Below are positions 28,401 to 40,260 of a DNA stretch of 64,000 nt, in pieces. The position numbers were made by a program, and so were the translations under genes. Source of the stretch: an uncultured Candidatus Binatia bacterium (GTDB taxonomy: Bacteria > Desulfobacterota > Binatia > Bin18). The DNA lies in contig OZ241744.1 in the NCBI GenBank assembly GCA_965200965.1, positions 1,664,001-1,728,000 on the forward strand. Reading direction: 5' to 3'. How positions within the stretch are numbered: the first letter of the stretch is position 1; every line of letters starts with the position of its first letter. The notes below the pieces were generated by a model. It did no database searches. It was not told the origin of the DNA and saw only the letters and a program-made list of their open reading frames with translations.

Positions 28401-31400
28401 TCAATCCTCACCCGCCCTTACGGGCGGATGCTATGTCGATATCGAGGGCATGAAACCCCTCGTCACCCTGGTTTCAATCCTCACCCGCCCTTACGGGCGG
28501 ATGCTATGTGCTCGCGTCAATAAGCGGGGATGGGTTATCAAAGTTTCAATCCTCACCCGCCCTTACGGGCGGATGCTATGGCCGGGTTCTATCGTAGCGA
28601 CGGTTATCTCTACCTGTTTCAATCCTCACCCGCCCTTACGGGCGGATGCTATGTTCAGATACTCCATAAAGGGGTCAACAGGGTCCGTGTTTCAATCCTC
28701 ACCCGCCCTTACGGGCGGATGCTATGTTCTTCTTGGGGTCAGGCTGTGTCAGGCTGAAACGTTTCAATCCTCACCCGCCCTTACGGGCGGATGCTATGCT
28801 GTCGCCCTCTACAGAGATCGAGTGGCTGTCCGCAGTTTCAATCCTCACCCGCCCTTACGGGCGGATGCTATGTAGTTAGCCTTGTGTTGTTCAAGTTCCC
28901 ACTGCTGTTTCAATCCTCACCCGCCCTTACGGGCGGATGCTATGGTCAGCCAAGCCGTCCGGGCGTTCAGGTCCTGGTGTTTCAATCCTCACCCGCCCTT
29001 ACGGGCGGATGCTATGTTTTAGCCCGATGTTGCCGAGGGTCAGGTAGTAGTGTTTCAATCCTCACCCGCCCTTACGGGCGGATGCTATGGCCACTTGGGA
29101 TGGGTCCCTCTGGCGTATGCCTGGTTTCAATCCTCACCCGCCCTTACGGGCGGATGCTATGGCTCAGTCGCACCAAACGCTCGCCAGCTACGCCATGTTT
29201 CAATCCTCACCCGCCCTTACGGGCGGATGCTATGGGCATAACCGCTCAGGAGGGTAGCACCATGCAGAGGTTTCAATCCTCACCCGCCCTTACGGGCGGA
29301 TGCTATGTCCTCAGTGTAGCGAACATTTGACCCAGGTCCGAGTTTCAATCCTCACCCGCCCTTACGGGCGGATGCTATGCAGAATATAACCGGCCGCGTC
29401 TCGTTTCACGCAAGGTTTCAATCCTCACCCGCCCTTACGGGCGGATGCTATGGTCCGAAGCTGAGCTACTTACAGAATGACGCAAAAGTTTCAATCCTCA
29501 CCCGCCCTTACGGGCGGATGCTATGCGGACCTGGGGCTGCCCAAGCCCACCATCACGAGGGTTTCAATCCTCACCCGCCCTTACGGGCGGATGCTATGTT
29601 GAGGTGTTCGTCCGCAACAACTATGGGAGCTAGTTTCAATCCTCACCCGCCCTTACGGGCGGATGCTATGGGGCATGGCGATGATCGGTTTTTTATCGAG
29701 CACAAGTTTCAATCCTCACCCGCCCTTACGGGCGGATGCTATGACGCCCGGCCGGAAATACTCCCGACAGTATATGTGTTTCAATCCTCACCCGCCCTTA
29801 CGGGCGGATGCTATGTACTGTCTTGCTGCCAGGAACGTCGCCATAAAGGAGTTTCAATCCTCACCCGCCCTTACGGGCGGATGCTATGTCGAAGCGAAGG
29901 AGGACGAGTGATGTCGGTTATCAGTTTCAATCCTCACCCGCCCTTACGGGCGGATGCTATGGCGATGCTGCACGACCACAAGCCGTTGCCGTAGCTGTTT
30001 CAATCCTCACCCGCCCTTACGGGCGGATGCTATGGTGATACAATCTGCAACCAGGACGTGACCTACACGTTTCAATCCTCACCCGCCCTTACGGGCGGAT
30101 GCTATGATTGGCGGTCCTACGGCTCCGGCGACGCGGCGGACGTTTCAATCCTCACCCGCCCTTACGGGCGGATGCTATGCTCAACTTGCTGAGCGTTATA
30201 TTGTTCTGGTGGTGTTTCAATCCTCACCCGCCCTTACGGGCGGATGCTATGTTCAACACCGGCCTGAAAATCGCGGACATTGCTGAGTTTCAATCCTCAC
30301 CCGCCCTTACGGGCGGATGCTATGTTCAATTTCAACGACCAGATGCGCGGGTTCATCCGTGTTTCAATCCTCACCCGCCCTTACGGGCGGATGCTATGTT
30401 GGGTGCTGTCTTGGCCCGCCGGAACCACGGGGTTTCAATCCTCACCCGCCCTTACGGGCGGATGCTATGTTCTCCTGCACACCCGACCGCCTGATTGTCG
30501 GGCAGTTTCAATCCTCACCCGCCCTTACGGGCGGATGCTATGAAGGACTTCGGAGTCGGGTTGTTGACTACGGAAGGTTTCAATCCTCACCCGCCCTTAC
30601 GGGCGGATGCTATGTTGGGGTTGTTGAGAATTTGAACGATACGTTCAAGCGTTTCAATCCTCACCCGCCCTTACGGGCGGATGCTATGTCCGGCCAGGTC
30701 GCTGGCGGCCAGGCTGCTGAAGTCGTTTCAATCCTCACCCGCCCTTACGGGCGGATGCTATGGCCAAAACAATCGAGGATTTGCCGGAGGTAACATGTTT
30801 CAATCCTCACCCGCCCTTACGGGCGGATGCTATGGACGCCGCACACTGTATCCCGAGGCTTTGAGCGTGTTTCAATCCTCACCCGCCCTTACGGGCGGAT
30901 GCTATGGCTTCTCAGGGATTTTGGCGAGCTTCTGGCTGACCTGTTTCAATCCTCACCCGCCCTTACGGGCGGATGCTATGATCTCGTGAGAGAGAATGCT
31001 GTCCACCAGCCGCAGTTTCAATCCTCACCCGCCCTTACGGGCGGATGCTATGAAGTCAAGCTCATGCGCCCCGGCCGCCTGTGAGGGTTTCAATCCTCAC
31101 CCGCCCTTACGGGCGGATGCTATGTCGCAGTTGATATCCTCTGGGGTGAGCGTGTCGAGGTTTCAATCCTCACCCGCCCTTACGGGCGGATGCTATGATC
31201 TATTGTTTTGGAAGGGGCTTGACAAGGTTGGGGTTTCAATCCTCACCCGCCCTTACGGGCGGATGCTATGGGTAGCCCAAGATCATCATTGCTACTGCAC
31301 CCATGTTTCAATCCTCACCCGCCCTTACGGGCGGATGCTATGGGGCTTCTCCGCTACAGTGAAGAGAAGCAGCAGGTGTTTCAATCCTCACCCGCCCTTA

Positions 31401-34400
31401 CGGGCGGATGCTATGTAGCAATGCGCCCACACATGGGCGCTCACCTGGGAGTTTCAATCCTCACCCGCCCTTACGGGCGGATGCTATGCTCCTTCGCGTG
31501 GGGAGCCGCGGTTGTCGTAGCGGTTTCAATCCTCACCCGCCCTTACGGGCGGATGCTATGGTCGTGTACATCGCCGGCGCATGCCACAACTCCATGTTTC
31601 AATCCTCACCCGCCCTTACGGGCGGATGCTATGTTGAGCGCGCGTATAACCGCCTCGGATGGCTCAAGTTTCAATCCTCACCCGCCCTTACGGGCGGATG
31701 CTATGGCGATGAGAGAGGCGGTCGCCTACGGTCTGGAGGCGTTTCAATCCTCACCCGCCCTTACGGGCGGATGCTATGATGTTGTAGGCCAGAACGCGGT
31801 TGCGCCGGAAGGGTTTCAATCCTCACCCGCCCTTACGGGCGGATGCTATGTGTAGATTGGCTGTCGTCTCAAGCGGGCCTAGGGGTTTCAATCCTCACCC
31901 GCCCTTACGGGCGGATGCTATGTTGATCCTCTCGCTGCGGTTTACGGACAGGATGAGTTTCAATCCTCACCCGCCCTTACGGGCGGATGCTATGGGTGGA
32001 GGCGCGCAAGAATGAGTAGCCATTCTATGTTTCAATCCTCACCCGCCCTTACGGGCGGATGCTATGGCGCAAAGCCACCAAACGCTTGCGTCGTATGCCA
32101 TGTTTCAATCCTCACCCGCCCTTACGGGCGGATGCTATGGCCGCCGTGGCCGCCCACGCACCAAGACCGATTGGGTTTCAATCCTCACCCGCCCTTACGG
32201 GCGGATGCTATGAAGATATGCTGGGAGGTGCTAGCCGAGGAATGCCGGGTTTCAATCCTCACCCGCCCTTACGGGCGGATGCTATGTCCCTTATCCTGGC
32301 ATGTATCGGGTCAATCTCAAAGTTTCAATCCTCACCCGCCCTTACGGGCGGATGCTATGTTCACCGCTGGGTCGAGCATCGAGGTCTTCGTGCGGTTTCA
32401 ATCCTCACCCGCCCTTACGGGCGGATGCTATGGCCATGCGGCTATCCGTCATATCGTCAACGAGATGTTTCAATCCTCACCCGCCCTTACGGGCGGATGC
32501 TATGGTCATATGTTAGGCTCTCTCCAAATGGTGGGGTGGGTTTCAATCCTCACCCGCCCTTACGGGCGGATGCTATGCCTGAGCTCAAGGACCGAATCCA
32601 GGCGCTGGGGACGTTTCAATCCTCACCCGCCCTTACGGGCGGATGCTATGTCGTCCTTGGGTTCGGCGGATACCTACTCGTGGCCGGTTTCAATCCTCAC
32701 CCGCCCTTACGGGCGGATGCTATGTGCTTGTGAGCGACGCCATGCGGAACAAATACCAGTGTTTCAATCCTCACCCGCCCTTACGGGCGGATGCTATGTA
32801 CGGACTCATGCGTTTGTTGCCATAGCCTTGGAGTTTCAATCCTCACCCGCCCTTACGGGCGGATGCTATGGCCCTCTTGCTTGGCCGGGGCCGCATCACC
32901 ATCCAGTTTCAATCCTCACCCGCCCTTACGGGCGGATGCTATGGAGTCCATCGGATCATAGACGTTGCCAGGAGTCAGGGTTTCAATCCTCACCCGCCCT
33001 TACGGGCGGATGCTATGGGTCTATACAAGCGGCGGCGGAACCGGAAGCAGTGTTTCAATCCTCACCCGCCCTTACGGGCGGATGCTATGGAGCGCAAGGC
33101 GTCAATCACATATCACCTGCCATGTTTCAATCCTCACCCGCCCTTACGGGCGGATGCTATGGCGCCGGCGGTGCGGCGGAGTTTGATGTTTCATGTGGTT
33201 TCAATCCTCACCCGCCCTTACGGGCGGATGCTATGTCGACCGACCATTCTAGCAGTGGGCGGTATAACCAGTTTCAATCCTCACCCGCCCTTACGGGCGG
33301 ATGCTATGCCCTAAATGCTCTTCGGTCAGCCGCTTTTCCCACGGTTTCAATCCTCACCCGCCCTTACGGGCGGATGCTATGTTGGGTCAAACTATCTGGT
33401 CGTGATCGAGCAGATACCGTTTCAATCCTCACCCGCCCTTACGGGCGGATGCTATGATGGGACTCCTCGTATCGCATTGACCGGACGAGATGTTTCAATC
33501 CTCACCCGCCCTTACGGGCGGATGCTATGGGTTGGCGAGGCACGGGCATACTGCCTGACGATGGAGTTTCAATCCTCACCCGCCCTTACGGGCGGATGCT
33601 ATGACCAAGGTCAAAGCCACCAAGGTCAAAGCCACAGAGTTTCAATCCTCACCCGCCCTTACGGGCGGATGCTATGGCGAACATGTTTTCCCGTGGGAAA
33701 AGCGGCTGACCGTTTCAATCCTCACCCGCCCTTACGGGCGGATGCTATGGCCGGGGGGCCACAAGAAAGGAGCCGTTATGGCTGTTTCAATCCTCACCCG
33801 CCCTTACGGGCGGATGCTATGGCCCTTTTCACTGTTGCAGGCGGGACACAAGAGTTGTTTCAATCCTCACCCGCCCTTACGGGCGGATGCTATGGCTCAA
33901 GTCCGCCGCTGACACCATCACCGGAAAGTAGTTTCAATCCTCACCCGCCCTTACGGGCGGATGCTATGGCGCGATCATCTTCGGATTTCATCATCCGGGC
34001 GGTGTTTCAATCCTCACCCGCCCTTACGGGCGGATGCTATGTGCTTACCAAACCCACGCACCCAGGAGCGTAGTTAGTTTCAATCCTCACCCGCCCTTAC
34101 GGGCGGATGCTATGGCTATTATGCATGTAGGAGGTGAGGTGAGGTGACGTTTCAATCCTCACCCGCCCTTACGGGCGGATGCTATGCTCAAGACGCCCCG
34201 CGCTGTGGCGGACCTGGTGAGCGTTTCAATCCTCACCCGCCCTTACGGGCGGATGCTATGACTATGAGCTCGCCCTGCGGGGTATCAACGAGATGTTTCA
34301 ATCCTCACCCGCCCTTACGGGCGGATGCTATGCCGGCTATGTCCGTGGGCTACTGGAAGCGCATAAGGTTTCAATCCTCACCCGCCCTTACGGGCGGATG

Positions 34401-34693
34401 CTATGGCGGGCATGGTCGAACGGCGCTTTGTCCGTGACGTTTCAATCCTCACCCGCCCTTACGGGCGGATGCTATGAATGATGCTCTAGTCGGGCGCATA
34501 GTGTGGCACTGGTTTCAATCCTCACCCGCCCTTACGGGCGGATGCTATGCTGGTTCTTGGTGTCCTTCCCACATTTACGATTGGGTTTCAATCCTCACCC
34601 GCCCTTACGGGCGGATGCTATGCGCGGAGAGGCTGGACGCCAACGCGCTGGCCGAGGTTTCAATCCTCACCCGCCCTTACGGGCGGATGCTAT
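25412..34693 (-). CRISPR. Type I-C CRISPR array, 128 repeats and 127 spacers
   Basis: Invariant 37-bp core GTTTCAATCCTCACCCGCCCTTACGGGCGGATGCTAT (+ strand), unit period 71-75 bp; minus-strand repeat ends ATTGAAAC with a CCGCCC-GTAA-GGGCGG hairpin; leader and cas2 lie at the high-coordinate end. Confidence 0.99.
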
Positions 34694-34887
34694 GTCTTTC
34701 TCACCCAAGCCCTTGACCTGCCTGGGGTTTTTTCCCCGTTTCCGCGATCCCCTCTCTGGCAGGTCTGGAATCTGCACGCGGGAGATCAAGGATAACGAGA
34801 AAATCGTTATTATTCGGGTGCTTACGGTCAACGCGATCCTCCCCGCTGTTGCGCCGTCGCTCCAGGTTCGCACATGTGGATAGCCGC
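34694..34887 (-). promoter_or_regulatory. CRISPR leader
   Basis: Non-coding gap between cas2 and the array; CGCGATCC direct repeats at 34743 and 34832, related inverted GGTTCGCA at 34865, AT-rich middle. Confidence 0.85.
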
Positions 34888-35178
34888 TCAGGCCAGGAGC
34901 GGGTCATCAAAGTTGACCGAGGGGTTCACCCCAAAGTGCCGACAATGTTGGTCTTTGGGTTCTCGCAGACGATAAATACGCAAATTGTCCTCCTTGTCGT
35001 CAATGCACCTGACAAGGTCCCGAACCAGTCGCTCGTACTGCACCTGATCGACCGCGCATTCAAAGACAGAATACTGAACCCGCTGGCCGAAGTTCTTGCA
35101 CACCTGAGCGACCTTGCGCAGGCGTCGCTTGCCGGCGTCCGTTTCCGTTGCCACATCATAGGCGACTAACACCTGCAT
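34888..35178 (-). CDS. cas2: CRISPR-associated endoribonuclease Cas2
   Basis: VLVAYDV, RRLRKVAQVCKNFGQRVQYSVFEC; 96 aa. Confidence 0.97.
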   Translation of the reverse strand: MQVLVAYDVATETDAGKRRLRKVAQVCKNFGQRVQYSVFECAVDQVQYERLVRDLVRCIDDKEDNLRIYRLREPKDQHCRHFGVNPSVNFDDPLLA

Positions 35179-35229
35179 ATCCCGCTGATCCTTACCCAGC
35201 CCCAGGGCCGGATATTGCCCAGCCTGCCC

Positions 35230-36261
35230 TTAGCGATAGACAAAGGGCAGGTAGTCTTCCATGTCTCCACGCAGCACCCGCGCCAGGAGACGCGCCTGAA
35301 TGTGGGGAATCAGTCCAAGCGGCACTTTCTGTTCAAGAACAACATGCTGGACCTCTTCCTGTTTGCGCTTCTGGTAGGCAACAATGACCTCCTTGCGTCC
35401 GTCGTCGGTCAGGGACACAGCCCCGCCCGGACGGCTGACAAAATGCGCGGCAGTCAACTGCCTACGGTTAATCAGGGTCAGGGCCAGACGCTCGGCAATC
35501 ACCGACCGCAGTTCTTCCATCAGGTCCAAACCGAGAGCCGGCCGCCCCGGGCGCAAGGTGTGCAGAAAGCCCATCTGCGGATCAAGCCCGACTCCCTCAG
35601 CCGCGGCCACGCAGTCGCCCAAGAGCAGGGCATACAGAAAGGACAAGAGCGCGTTGGTCGGGTCTTTGGGTGGCCGACGGCTCCGACCGTCAATGCCAAA
35701 GGTGGCCCGGTCTTCCCGAATGAGACACGAGAAGGACTGGAAATGCCGACGGGCAGCATCGCCTTCAAAGCCCCGGAGTTGATCCAGCCCGTCGGCAGTC
35801 GCCAGCCTGCCCAGCGACGCCGCCAGGGAGCGGGCGGTTGCTTTGAGCGCGGCTTCGTCTTCGGGCGTTTTTGCCTCACGCGCCGCCCGCATGGTGATGT
35901 GGCGGGTATTCTGGATTTTGCCGGCAACGATATGCCGGGCGAGGGTCAGGGTGCGGCTCGGGTCACTCACCGCTTCGTGCTGGGCCTTGCGGAGCAGCAC
36001 ATTGCCCGAGACCGGCCCTTCCAACCGGGCCTTGAACCGCCCGTTGCGGTCCAGGAAGCTCACCGACCGCCCGTCATCGGCGCAGCGGTGCAACACGGCC
36101 GGGCTGATGAGCACATTGCCAAAGCAGACCAAGCCGCCGATGTGATGCAGCGGGACTTGCAGCTTGGTTGTGCCCTCAAGCTCGACGCGGAGCGTTTCGT
36201 GATCCAGCCGCACATACGCCTGGGGGGTCGTGACATATAAGGTATTGAGCAATTGGCGCAT
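35230..36261 (-). CDS. cas1: Type I-C Cas1 integrase
   Basis: MRQLLNTLYVTT, SGNVLLR, RRPPKDPTNALLSFLY, GFLH, LDLMEELR. Confidence 0.97.
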   Translation of the reverse strand: MRQLLNTLYVTTPQAYVRLDHETLRVELEGTTKLQVPLHHIGGLVCFGNVLISPAVLHRCADDGRSVSFLDRNGRFKARLEGPVSGNVLLRKAQHEAVSDPSRTLTLARHIVAGKIQNTRHITMRAAREAKTPEDEAALKATARSLAASLGRLATADGLDQLRGFEGDAARRHFQSFSCLIREDRATFGIDGRSRRPPKDPTNALLSFLYALLLGDCVAAAEGVGLDPQMGFLHTLRPGRPALGLDLMEELRSVIAERLALTLINRRQLTAAHFVSRPGGAVSLTDDGRKEVIVAYQKRKQEEVQHVVLEQKVPLGLIPHIQARLLARVLRGDMEDYLPFVYR

Positions 36262-36266
36262 GGATC

Positions 36267-36902
36267 TCAATCGGCGGCGACAAACAGGGCGCGGGCAAAG
36301 CCTTGCAGCCGGGCTTTTTCGCCCACCACCGCCGGCAGACACGAATCCTGTAAGGAACAGCGGTCGCAGCGGGCGTCATTGACCGCGGCGGGCAGCCGGC
36401 GGCGGGCCAGCATGTGCCGAATCTCGGCCACGCTGCGTTCCACCTGCTCCCGCAATTGGGCTGAGAACTCAAGCTCACGCCGACGCCGTGAACTGTGATG
36501 GAAGATCGCCCCTCTGGGGACCGCCTGCCCGGTCATTTCTTCGAGACATACGGCCTGGGCACAGAGTTGCAGATCGTCGTGCGTTTTCTGGCGGCGCGGG
36601 CCGTGCTTATACTCGACCGGGTAAGGAACCTCGCCGTGAAACTCGACCACATCCGCCCTGCCGACCAGCCCCAGCCGGTGGGACCACAGCGGCAAGGCCC
36701 GCTCAACTCGCACCCCGCTGAGGGTCTCGCCTACCGGCTCATCAACCTGCTCGTGGACCGCCCGCCCCCGAAGGGTGTACAGATTCTCATCAAAGGTCTG
36801 CTCCTGGTGAATCAGGGCGCACTGCCGCGGGCAGTAGCTATAGTGCTCCAGGGCCGAGATCATGATGGGGTCGTCGTCTGACCAAGTGGTTGAATTGGAC
36901 AC
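36267..36902 (-). CDS. cas4: Cas4 nuclease
   Basis: ISALEHYSYCPRQ, ADVVEF, PVEYKHG, QLCAQ, CDRCSLQDSC. Confidence 0.96.
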   Translation of the reverse strand: MSNSTTWSDDDPIMISALEHYSYCPRQCALIHQEQTFDENLYTLRGRAVHEQVDEPVGETLSGVRVERALPLWSHRLGLVGRADVVEFHGEVPYPVEYKHGPRRQKTHDDLQLCAQAVCLEEMTGQAVPRGAIFHHSSRRRRELEFSAQLREQVERSVAEIRHMLARRRLPAAVNDARCDRCSLQDSCLPAVVGEKARLQGFARALFVAAD

Positions 36903-36906
36903 ATCC

Positions 36907-37791
36907 TTATCCTATCAGGCGTTTCAACGCCACGCCCTCAGGAATGTCGACTTCTTCCACCGCCACGCTGTAATCGTCAAAATCACGCGGCACGGTGACG
37001 CCTTCTTTCAGCCCCGGCCGAATACGCGCAAAAAGGTCATGGGCATGCGCATTGCCGATTTGCGAGTCATGTTTGAATACATACAAGCCTCGGGTCGCCA
37101 TCTCGCCGCGGGCAGCCGAGCGGTCGTGCTCAAACATGTTGCTGAGCGCTTCCCACAGGAGCGCGAGGTCGTTATCGGAAAAGCCGGTTTGCGCTGCCAG
37201 ATGTGCCGACACAAAACCACGCGCCACATAAAGGCCGTAGGGCACAGTGTGTTTGCGGCCCATAGTCCGATTGTCTCCCTCTTGCTTTTCGGCTTCCGCT
37301 TCTGTCGCTACCGCCATGCGGGTGATCGAGTGTTCCTGAGCAGTAATAGAATCAACCGAGCGCGCAAATGTCAGTTGAACCGGGCCTCGCACCTGGCCGC
37401 AGTTCACACCCGTAGACATCACTGCGCCAAAAGTTCGCACATCGTAGAAGTTCTTGCACATCCAGGCCCGCGCCTCATCAACTTTTTCTCCGCCTTTGCG
37501 CTTTTTGCCGTCGGCCTTGAGTGCGTCGCCGGCACCGATGGCTTCATACGCGCGTTCGTGCTGTTTGTTGAGGATCGCTTTTTCCTTTACATAAATCTCG
37601 CAGGGCGGCTGCTCCGCTTTCACCAGACCGACGTAATTGCGGACTTTTCGTTTCAGACTTACGTCGGTCACAAGGCCCCGCCCGGTCTCAGCATCGACAC
37701 GGGGCAGATTACCCGCATCGGGATCACCGTTAGGGTTGCCGTCTTTCACGTCGAACACCAGGACAAAGTCGTACCGATTCTCGATTGCCAT
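36907..37791 (-). CDS. cas7c: Cas7c (Csd2)
   Basis: [44 protein letters not shown]. Confidence 0.97.
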   Translation of the reverse strand: MAIENRYDFVLVFDVKDGNPNGDPDAGNLPRVDAETGRGLVTDVSLKRKVRNYVGLVKAEQPPCEIYVKEKAILNKQHERAYEAIGAGDALKADGKKRKGGEKVDEARAWMCKNFYDVRTFGAVMSTGVNCGQVRGPVQLTFARSVDSITAQEHSITRMAVATEAEAEKQEGDNRTMGRKHTVPYGLYVARGFVSAHLAAQTGFSDNDLALLWEALSNMFEHDRSAARGEMATRGLYVFKHDSQIGNAHAHDLFARIRPGLKEGVTVPRDFDDYSVAVEEVDIPEGVALKRLIG

Positions 37792-37813
37792 GCTTACGCT
37801 CCTTTCAATGAGG

Positions 37814-39523
37814 TCAGCTTGATTTTTTGAAAAAATCCTGCCGCTGGTGGTAATAGCCGATAGCGAAGCGTCCCTGGTCTTCCAAAGCCAGTTGCCCTGG
37901 GAAATCGTCTATGCCGTCCATGATTTCACCGAGGCGTTTCTCCAGATTCACCACCCGGCCAGGATTCTCCAGTTTAGAGAGATGATGGTTTTTCAGCTTC
38001 AGCAGGGTCGAAAACACGATCACCGGCGTACTTGACGCCGCTCCGTAGTAGCGGTCGCGTATAGTGGCATTGAGGCCAGGGTTCGCCTCCTCTTGGATTT
38101 TCTCCAGCACCGCAAACAACCGGCCTAGCCGGTAGCCAGTGTTCATATTGGCTTCATCCAGAGACATACCGATCTCCTCCTTCATGCTCAGGTTTGAATG
38201 ACGTGTCGTTCGGTTGATGCAGGCTTTTATCAGCGCAGCGCGTGGATATGTCACTTGGTGCTCGGCGCGAATCCGGCGCACGGCAGCCGAGAGCAGCGTC
38301 TGCGGATAGGGCAGACCCGCGAGAATACTGCGCATCAACTCGCCCCCGAGGTTCGGCGGAATATTGTCCGCCTTGCCTTGGATTGCCACGGCCTTCAGCA
38401 GACGAAACACTGAAAGATAGGGCGGGTCACGCGGCGAACGTTCAATAGTCAGATCGTCAAGGTGCTGCTTAATCCGCCCGGCCATTTCGGCCACCGTAGC
38501 GTTGTGCCAGAAACGGATGGCGACCCGAGCTGCATTGGGAGAGATCCCTAATGCAAAAAATTTTGCTTTCCCCTCATTGTTCTCTAACAGGCCATGCGCA
38601 ATAGCGGCGTAGAGACTTTTCACCGCCTGCACATTACGGTCGGGGTCGTCTTTGGGCGGTTCGCCAAAAATGTCCACGGGCAGGGTCTCAAACTCCACCG
38701 GGCGGTCAGCCCAAAACACGACAGTGGCATCGCCGACTTGGAGACGTTGCGGTGAATCTTTGCGGAGGAGATAATTGAGCGCTGTGGTGTAGCTGAATGC
38801 TGTGCGCTTGCCGACAGGCGCGTTTGCGCCCTGCTTTTTCCCATATGAGCAGAACGCGGGCTTATCAAACGAGACGATGTTGGCTCCTGATGTTTGCGCA
38901 CCCCACACCCCCTTGATCGCCGCGTGCAGCTGCTCAACTTCGTCCGTCTCGCCCGTCACCAAGCACAATTCGCCTGCGCCTTGCGCGGTTTGATCTGCCG
39001 TGATGAACTCCGCGACTGCGGCACGCTGGCACACGAGGTCTATGTCGCCATGTAGGCGGAACGTCACATTCGGATTATTGTCGATAATCTCACTCCATGC
39101 ACTGTATTGTGACAAGGCTCCGATGTCCATACCCTGGAGGAAGGATGACACCGCTTGCACTCCCTCATCGCTCTGCGCTGTGGGAGAGAGCAATTCGATT
39201 TTGTCCCTAAAGGATTGGTGTTGCCTGGCAACGCGCTCAGGTTTCCCCTTCGTATCAACCCCCAGCGCGTATTCAACAGTATCCCACAGGAGATTTGCTT
39301 CGATGTTGACCGTTCTCTTCACCCCCTGCGGTACCAGAAATGCCTTCGCCCGTTTTTTCCTGCCCTCCCCCTCGCATGTATCTTCAATCTGTATCAGCTT
39401 TCCCTGGGCGTCAATTTCGAGGATGAACGGAATCTCTTTCCACTCGAAGCCCAGAGGAGCAACGACGGTGTCTGGCTCAGCCCTTTTGCGTTTGTAATAG
39501 TCACGGAGTGCTTGGAGAATCAT
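37814..39523 (-). CDS. cas8c: Cas8c (Csd1)
   Basis: [51 protein letters not shown]. Confidence 0.96.
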   Translation of the reverse strand: MILQALRDYYKRKRAEPDTVVAPLGFEWKEIPFILEIDAQGKLIQIEDTCEGEGRKKRAKAFLVPQGVKRTVNIEANLLWDTVEYALGVDTKGKPERVARQHQSFRDKIELLSPTAQSDEGVQAVSSFLQGMDIGALSQYSAWSEIIDNNPNVTFRLHGDIDLVCQRAAVAEFITADQTAQGAGELCLVTGETDEVEQLHAAIKGVWGAQTSGANIVSFDKPAFCSYGKKQGANAPVGKRTAFSYTTALNYLLRKDSPQRLQVGDATVVFWADRPVEFETLPVDIFGEPPKDDPDRNVQAVKSLYAAIAHGLLENNEGKAKFFALGISPNAARVAIRFWHNATVAEMAGRIKQHLDDLTIERSPRDPPYLSVFRLLKAVAIQGKADNIPPNLGGELMRSILAGLPYPQTLLSAAVRRIRAEHQVTYPRAALIKACINRTTRHSNLSMKEEIGMSLDEANMNTGYRLGRLFAVLEKIQEEANPGLNATIRDRYYGAASSTPVIVFSTLLKLKNHHLSKLENPGRVVNLEKRLGEIMDGIDDFPGQLALEDQGRFAIGYYHQRQDFFKKSS

Positions 39524-40251
39524 CCTCGTACCTCCTCACTGTTCCAGGTTGGAATGTCTACTACACCGTTCACCAGCCTCGCGCGGAAAAAACGCGGCTT
39601 GGGATCAGCGGGATTCCGATAATCCATATCGTACAGCATGTAGCCGAGTTCCCGCGTCTCGGCGATCGGACGCACTTCTGAATCTTTCGGCTCTACCAGG
39701 CGAAAGTCCGCCGCAAACTCACGACAGCCTAGATATGGCTGGTTCACGCACTGACCCTTGGCCGCGCGTCGCTCGAACATCGTCATGAATTTCACCGCCT
39801 GGTTTGGGGCGTCGTCTCTATCAGTCCCACCCGTATTAGCCGTTTGTTTGCTCAGGTGCGGGAAGTTCGGCCTGTATGAAGCGGGATCGCGCAACTCAAA
39901 CGACGCATGAATGCGGTATTGTACATCACGCAGAAACAGCCCTGCACGCTGTTGGCGATCGTCTTCAATGAAGATACCTAACCGACCAACCCCGGTTCGC
40001 ATTGCACTTTCGGCGTTGCGCGTTGAAGCGACGCAGCGGACCTCGTTACGGCGCAGATTGATCCATTTGATAGGGCTGAGCACTTCAATCCTGCTTACCT
40101 GCCAGCGTATCGCAGGTTTCCACAGGACAGACTCAAATATGGCTCGCGCCGCCGACGGTGTCATCACATCGTAACTGACGCGCTCGACCTTCATCTCTGG
40201 CCGCGTGAAACATGCGAAGTCGCCGCTGACTTCAAGGCAGTACGTTTTCAT
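39520..40251 (-). CDS. cas5c: Cas5c (Cas5d) crRNA-processing subunit
   Basis: GDFACFTRPEMKVERVSYDVMTPSAAR, RRNEV, QPYLGCREF. Confidence 0.97.
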   Translation of the reverse strand: MKTYCLEVSGDFACFTRPEMKVERVSYDVMTPSAARAIFESVLWKPAIRWQVSRIEVLSPIKWINLRRNEVRCVASTRNAESAMRTGVGRLGIFIEDDRQQRAGLFLRDVQYRIHASFELRDPASYRPNFPHLSKQTANTGGTDRDDAPNQAVKFMTMFERRAAKGQCVNQPYLGCREFAADFRLVEPKDSEVRPIAETRELGYMLYDMDYRNPADPKPRFFRARLVNGVVDIPTWNSEEVRG

Positions 40252-40260
40252 TGCTCTTCC

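Noticed and set aside
25449-34656. Other spacers targeting this window
   Set aside because: None noticed by eye; an exhaustive comparison was not possible and needs blastn-short.
25337-34883. Many + strand ORFs across the array, up to 481 aa
   Set aside because: They are translations of the repeat (VSILTRPYGRML, FQSSPALTGGCY, FNPHPPLRADAM), which has no + strand stop; the ATG formed by the 38th base is a by-product.
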